Part shown: positions 60,018 through 64,000 of the stretch, one piece after another
Layout of the letters: every line of letters begins with the position of its first letter
Numbering within the stretch: position 1 is the stretch's first letter
Origin: an uncultured bacterium
GTDB lineage: Bacteria; Krumholzibacteriota; Krumholzibacteriia; Krumholzibacteriales; Krumholzibacteriaceae
Length of the DNA: 64,000 nt
Assembly (NCBI GenBank): GCA_963813815.1
Contig: CAWFAD010000011.1
Span: forward strand, 32,001-96,000
Reading direction: 5' to 3'
Position numbers and translations under genes: made by a program
The notes under the pieces: generated by a model
Told to the model about the DNA's origin: nothing
Database searches by the model: none
What the model saw: the letters and a program-made list of their open reading frames with translations, nothing else

Positions 60018-60407
60018 ATGAACCGATCGCTTGTGCTCGCGCTCCTCTTCGCCGCGATCCTCTTCGTCTCCTGCGGCAAGGAGCACGCCGATCTGCCTAC
60101 GTCGTTCGTCTACACGCCCCTTCCGGCCCCTTCAAACGTGGAGGCCGAGGCGGGAGCGGAGCGATGCACGCTGTCCTGGAGCTTCCCGGTCGAGGCGATG
60201 GCGGACGTCCGGGAGTTTCGCGTGTACGAGTATTTCGCCCTCTACGATCAGCTCCAGCTCATCGGAACGACCTCCGATACCTCTTTCGTCGACTCGCTCC
60301 TCGTCGGCAATCTCTATTACTGTTTCAGGGTTTCGGCGGTCGATCTCGACGGTTTCGAGGGCTGGCGGAGCGACACGTGCTGCGCCTTCGTGACGACGGG
60401 GCCGTGA
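60018..60407 (+). CDS. small lipoprotein with fibronectin-III-like domain
   Basis: Lipobox FVSC; PAPSNV, LSW, FRVY, YCFRVSAVD..G.EG. Confidence 0.75.
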   Translation: MNRSLVLALLFAAILFVSCGKEHADLPTSFVYTPLPAPSNVEAEAGAERCTLSWSFPVEAMADVREFRVYEYFALYDQLQLIGTTSDTSFVDSLLVGNLYYCFRVSAVDLDGFEGWRSDTCCAFVTTGP

Positions 60408-60431
60408 CGGTAGGGGACGGCGCGGCGCGAG

Positions 60432-60463
60432 AGGGGAAGCGGCTTCCGCCGTTTCCCCTTTTT
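60432..60463 (+). terminator. intrinsic terminator
   Basis: AGGGGAAGCGGC-TTCC-GCCGTTTCCCCT followed by T run. Confidence 0.7.
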
Positions 60464-60464
60464 A

Positions 60465-60481
60465 TTGGCACGAAAGGTGCA
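60465..60481 (+). promoter_or_regulatory. probable sigma-54 promoter
   Basis: TTGGCACGAAAGGTGCA = TGGCAC, GG-N10-GC, 35 bp upstream of ATG 60516. Confidence 0.5.
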
Positions 60482-60515
60482 AATATCGCGTGGACACATT
60501 CCGAAAGGCCGTATC

Positions 60516-61061
60516 ATGAGCGAACCGCGGAAAAGCGAAACATCCGGAGCGGGAGCGGCGGCGTCGGCCGGCGCAACAGTGCATGAAGCCCGCACGCTTC
60601 ACCGCGTCATGCTCACGGGCGTCAGGAGCGAAATGGAGACTTCGGACTCGTTCGCGATAAAGTTCTCCATTCTCGCCAAGGCGCCGCTTCCGAGGGTGAA
60701 GCAGCTCATGCGGTCGCTCCCCGTCGCCCTCTGGACGGGAACGAGCAAGGGGAAGGCCGAGCAGATTCTCGAGCTCGTCGAAGAGGCGGGAGGGAAGGGA
60801 AGCATCGTGCAGACGGCCGCCGTCGCGCCGCGTCCGGCGGAAGACCCGAAGGTGGCCTCTACGAAATGCGCCTGCTGCGGATTTCCCATGAAGGAGGGCG
60901 CCGAGCGCTGCGAATTCTGCCGGACCGCCGTCGGGGAGAGCGCTGTTGAAAAGCTGCACTGGACCGCCGCGAAGAAGCGAAAGGGCGTTCCACGCGCGAG
61001 GCTCGTCGTCTACCTCTGCATCATCGCGGTGGAGATCGTCGTTCTTCTCGCCTGGCGGTGA
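60516..61061 (+). CDS. hypothetical zinc-ribbon membrane protein
   Basis: CACCG...CEFC pair and C-terminal TM helix. Confidence 0.65.
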   Translation: MSEPRKSETSGAGAAASAGATVHEARTLHRVMLTGVRSEMETSDSFAIKFSILAKAPLPRVKQLMRSLPVALWTGTSKGKAEQILELVEEAGGKGSIVQTAAVAPRPAEDPKVASTKCACCGFPMKEGAERCEFCRTAVGESAVEKLHWTAAKKRKGVPRARLVVYLCIIAVEIVVLLAWR

Positions 61062-61082
61062 GGCCGGGCCCGCGAGTTCCGC

Positions 61083-61964
61083 TCACATGAGATTTCCCTG
61101 GGGAGGCGCCGGCGCGATCCGCCGGAGCGACGGATAAGCCTCGACGAGGCTGCCGGGAATCTCCGAGATGTTCTGACCGAGCATCGATTTCATCTGAAAA
61201 GCGTTCACGAGGGCCTGGCCGCGAAAATGGTTGTTCGTGATGATGTAGAGGTCCTTGACCTTTCCCGCCATGCGAACCGCGCGGTCCCGCCACTCTGTGA
61301 GCTCGTCGTCGTGGTATAGATAATCGTAGCGCTCGTCCCGGCCGGCGTCGGCGCGGAACCAGCTCCGGTAGTTGCGCCCATGGAGCCGGATGTAGCCGAG
61401 CCGCGAGTCGGTCACGATCTCCGAGGGCGGCATCGAGGCGCCGATCACGGGCTGATCGATGTTGCAGAACGCGAGTCCCGCCTCGGCGAGGAAGGCGCAG
61501 ACGCCGGGGGTGTGCCACGTTGCGTGGCGGAGCTCGACGGCCGCGGGAACCCCCGCGAACCATCCGCCGAGCGAAGCGAGGAGGCGCCTCGACTCGGTGG
61601 AGTCCCGGAAGGACCAGGGAAACTGCAGTAGGAAGGCGCCGAGAGTGCCGCGCTCGAGGAGCGGATCGAAGAGCCGGATAAATGAGGCGGCGTCCTCGGC
61701 GCTACCCGCCCGCTCGTGCGTGAAGCGCTGGAGCGCCTTGACGGTGAAGGTGAACCCCGGCCGCTCGGCGATCCTGTCGGCCCAGCTCCGTACGGTGCGG
61801 GGGGAGGGAGCTCGATAGAAGGAGCTGTTGAGCTCGACGCAGTCGAACCACCGCGCGACGGTCAGGAGCTCGTCTACCCGGCGCCCCGGAGGGTACACGG
61901 GCCCCACCCAGTCCCGATAGGACCATCCGGCCGGCCCGATGTGCGTCGCCCCCGTCGAGATCAC
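61083..61964 (-). CDS. DUF72 family protein
   Basis: IGPAGWSY.DW.G..YP, VELNSSFY, LLQFP.SF, VELRH, YIRLHGRN, YDYLY, NNH. Confidence 0.9.
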   Translation of the reverse strand: MISTGATHIGPAGWSYRDWVGPVYPPGRRVDELLTVARWFDCVELNSSFYRAPSPRTVRSWADRIAERPGFTFTVKALQRFTHERAGSAEDAASFIRLFDPLLERGTLGAFLLQFPWSFRDSTESRRLLASLGGWFAGVPAAVELRHATWHTPGVCAFLAEAGLAFCNIDQPVIGASMPPSEIVTDSRLGYIRLHGRNYRSWFRADAGRDERYDYLYHDDELTEWRDRAVRMAGKVKDLYIITNNHFRGQALVNAFQMKSMLGQNISEIPGSLVEAYPSLRRIAPAPPQGNLM

Positions 61965-62059
61965 GGCGTAACCTCCGTGGCGAGCATAGCGGCGGGCGCG
62001 TCCCGCCGGCAATCGTTTTTCATTTTGAAAAGGGGCGCTCGATGCGGTATAACGGCGGC

Positions 62060-63559
62060 ATGGATGAGAGTTCCAGACGGATGAGGGATCGCGCGCTCAT
62101 CGCGGCGATTATCCTCGCGGCGGCCGCCCTTCGCCTGACCCGGCTCGGGGCCCAGTCGCTCTGGGTCGACGAGATGCTCTCCCTCAAGGCGTTTTCGGCT
62201 CCCGAGGGAGTCTCGTTCTGGAAGAAGCTCCTCTACGACGTCCACGGGCCCCTCTACTCGTTCTTCATGCATTTCTGGAGCATGGTCTCCACGACGGAGG
62301 CGTGGCTGCGCCTGCCGGGCGCCGCGGCCGGGATAGCCACGGTCTACCTCGTCTACCGGTGGCTCGCGCGCCTCGGGGGGCTCTCCACAGCCGTGCCCGG
62401 CGCCCTCTTTATGGCGTTGAGCCCGCTTCACCTGTATTACTCGCAGGAGGTGCGCTTCTATTCCTTTCTCGCGTTTTTCTCCGTGGCGGCGGCGATCGCG
62501 TTCGAGCGGTTCCTGCGCGAGCCTACGACGAGAAGCGGGCTCCGTCTCGGCCTTATGCTCTCGCTCGCGTGCCTCGCGCATTTCTCGGCGCTCTTTCTCG
62601 CCGCGGCCTTTTTTCTCTATCTTCTCTTCACGAAGAGACTGCGGGGGGCTCATCTCCGCGCGGGAGCGGCCGGAGCGGCGCTGCTCGCGCTCGCGGCATC
62701 TCCCTGGATTTATCGCGAAATCTCGTACATCGGGAGCATCAGGGTGGTCGACGTTCAGGAGCTCCGCGTCGAGGAGCGGCTGCGGGGAGAGCTCACGCTG
62801 AGCCGCTGGTCGTATCCGTATCTCGTCTACGCCTTTTCGGCGGGGTACTCGTTCGGGCCTTCGCTCCGCGAGCTGCACGGTCCGGGGTCGCCCGGCGGAA
62901 CGCTGGCCGCTCATGCGGGCGCGCTGGCGGCGGTGGCCGCGGTTTTCGGCCCGCTTGCCCTGGCGGGGCTCGTGGGCGCCGCGCGGCGGCGCCGGCTCGG
63001 CTACTTCATCATCGTGATCGCCGTCGCGTTGGGGGCGGCGACCGCCGCGACCGCGCTCAACGTCAAGGTCTTCAACGTCCGCTATCTGCTCTGCGTCTTT
63101 CCGTTCTACATCGGGCTTCTCGCCCTGGGACTCCCGAAACGGCGGATTCCGCGCTCGCTGGCCATAGCCGCGGTCTCGGCCGTCATGCTCGCGTCCGATT
63201 GGAATTACCACGCCGATCCGGCGTATGCGCGCGAGGACGTGCGCTCGGCCGCCGCGATCGTGGGGCGCGAGGAGCGGCCGGGAGACCTCGTCTTCGTTCC
63301 GACCGTTCATGACGTATTCCGGCACTATTACGGCGGCTCGAACGAGATCCGAGTGATCTATCCGGCGGATCTCGGAAGGGAAAGGCTCGGACGGCGCGTC
63401 GCCGCGGCGTTCGCGGAGCACTCCCGCATCTGGTACGTTCGAAGCCGGGGTTGGGCCGTAGACCCGGATGGCCTTCTGCCGGGTGCCCTTTCGGCGGGCG
63501 GAAAGCTGACCGGAACGTGGGAAGCTCCGGGCGTCGCCATCATGTTGTACGAGAGATAA
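62060..63559 (+). CDS. GT-C (family 39/PMT-like) membrane glycosyltransferase
   Basis: LRL..LG.QSLWVDE, HGPLY, LRLP, SP.H.YYSQEVRFY; multi-TM; start codon uncertain (62042/62060/62081). Confidence 0.82.
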   Translation: MDESSRRMRDRALIAAIILAAAALRLTRLGAQSLWVDEMLSLKAFSAPEGVSFWKKLLYDVHGPLYSFFMHFWSMVSTTEAWLRLPGAAAGIATVYLVYRWLARLGGLSTAVPGALFMALSPLHLYYSQEVRFYSFLAFFSVAAAIAFERFLREPTTRSGLRLGLMLSLACLAHFSALFLAAAFFLYLLFTKRLRGAHLRAGAAGAALLALAASPWIYREISYIGSIRVVDVQELRVEERLRGELTLSRWSYPYLVYAFSAGYSFGPSLRELHGPGSPGGTLAAHAGALAAVAAVFGPLALAGLVGAARRRRLGYFIIVIAVALGAATAATALNVKVFNVRYLLCVFPFYIGLLALGLPKRRIPRSLAIAAVSAVMLASDWNYHADPAYAREDVRSAAAIVGREERPGDLVFVPTVHDVFRHYYGGSNEIRVIYPADLGRERLGRRVAAAFAEHSRIWYVRSRGWAVDPDGLLPGALSAGGKLTGTWEAPGVAIMLYER

Positions 63560-63671
63560 TCACGCCATCTAATTGACAAAAATGAAGATTGGTGGCTCGA
63601 CCACTGTTCTCGAAGGCGTGGCCGATGGCTCGCCGGTGAGCCTCGTCTCGAGCGCCCGGTCGGAGCGGGGG

Positions 63672-63699
63672 GTGACAGGACGAGGAATCCGAATATAAT
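63672..63699 (+). promoter_or_regulatory. sigma-70-like promoter
   Basis: GTGACA-16 nt-TATAAT upstream of ATG 63750. Confidence 0.45.
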
Positions 63700-63749
63700 G
63701 ATAGTAGTGGTGTTCTCCTTCGTTTTATCCCCTTCTCGAGGAGGGTGCC

Positions 63750-64000
63750 ATGAAGCGACTGCCGATCTTCTTCGCCGTCATGCTGCTCGTCTGGTCCGGC
63801 TGTTCCTGCAAATCGGCAACGGAGCGCGCGAGCCTCGTCGCGAGCGATTCGCGGGATGATTACGTGGATCTCCATCCCGATTGCCGTTTCGGCGATCTCA
63901 TCCGCGAGGGGGAGATTGCGCGCGGCATGAAAGTTGAGGAGGTCATCGCCGCGTGGGGAATGCCGAATGTCTACGCCGTCTCGAAGAAATCGCCCGCGGA
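63750..64000 (+). CDS. hypothetical lipoprotein, 5' part (truncated)
   Basis: GAGGAGG RBS; MKRLPIFFAVMLLVWSGC lipobox; GMKVEEVIAAWGMP motif. Confidence 0.65.
   Translation, partial: MKRLPIFFAVMLLVWSGCSCKSATERASLVASDSRDDYVDLHPDCRFGDLIREGEIARGMKVEEVIAAWGMPNVYAVSKKSPA

Overview
GC-rich bacterial chromosome segment from a diderm, probably an FCB-superphylum candidate lineage (inferred from the lpxC-fabZ fusion, an FlgD-Ig-type C-terminal domain and GldA/F/G-like genes). Most of the window is housekeeping: pilT, comB, thiE, ftsK, rimO, bamD, nadD, polA, coaE, prfB (with its +1 frameshift site), lysS, lolC/E-lolD, mcsA-mcsB-clpC, bamA-skp-lpxD-lpxC/fabZ-lpxA-lpxB-lpxK, nadB, an AmmeMemoRadiSam pair and a GldA/F/G-like ABC system. 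An accessory block of about 14 kb (22.2-36.5 kb) separates clpC from bamA. Its most notable part is a putative RiPP biosynthetic cluster at 27.8-36.5 kb. Six 32-38 aa peptides, not listed as separate ORFs in the track, lie on the minus strand (30679-31770). Each has its own RBS, a shared M[KR]F[IV]V leader start and an invariant core T-x-C-x-[LQ]-C-x-E-x-P-x-x-C. They are followed by a HlyD adaptor and a peptidase-less ABC exporter. Divergently transcribed is a putative operon of a degenerate ATP-grasp protein, a radical SAM/SPASM enzyme, an intact ATP-grasp ligase, a Cys-type PrdB/GrdB-like protein and a flavin reductase. Products are assigned by motif recognition only; no database searches were run.
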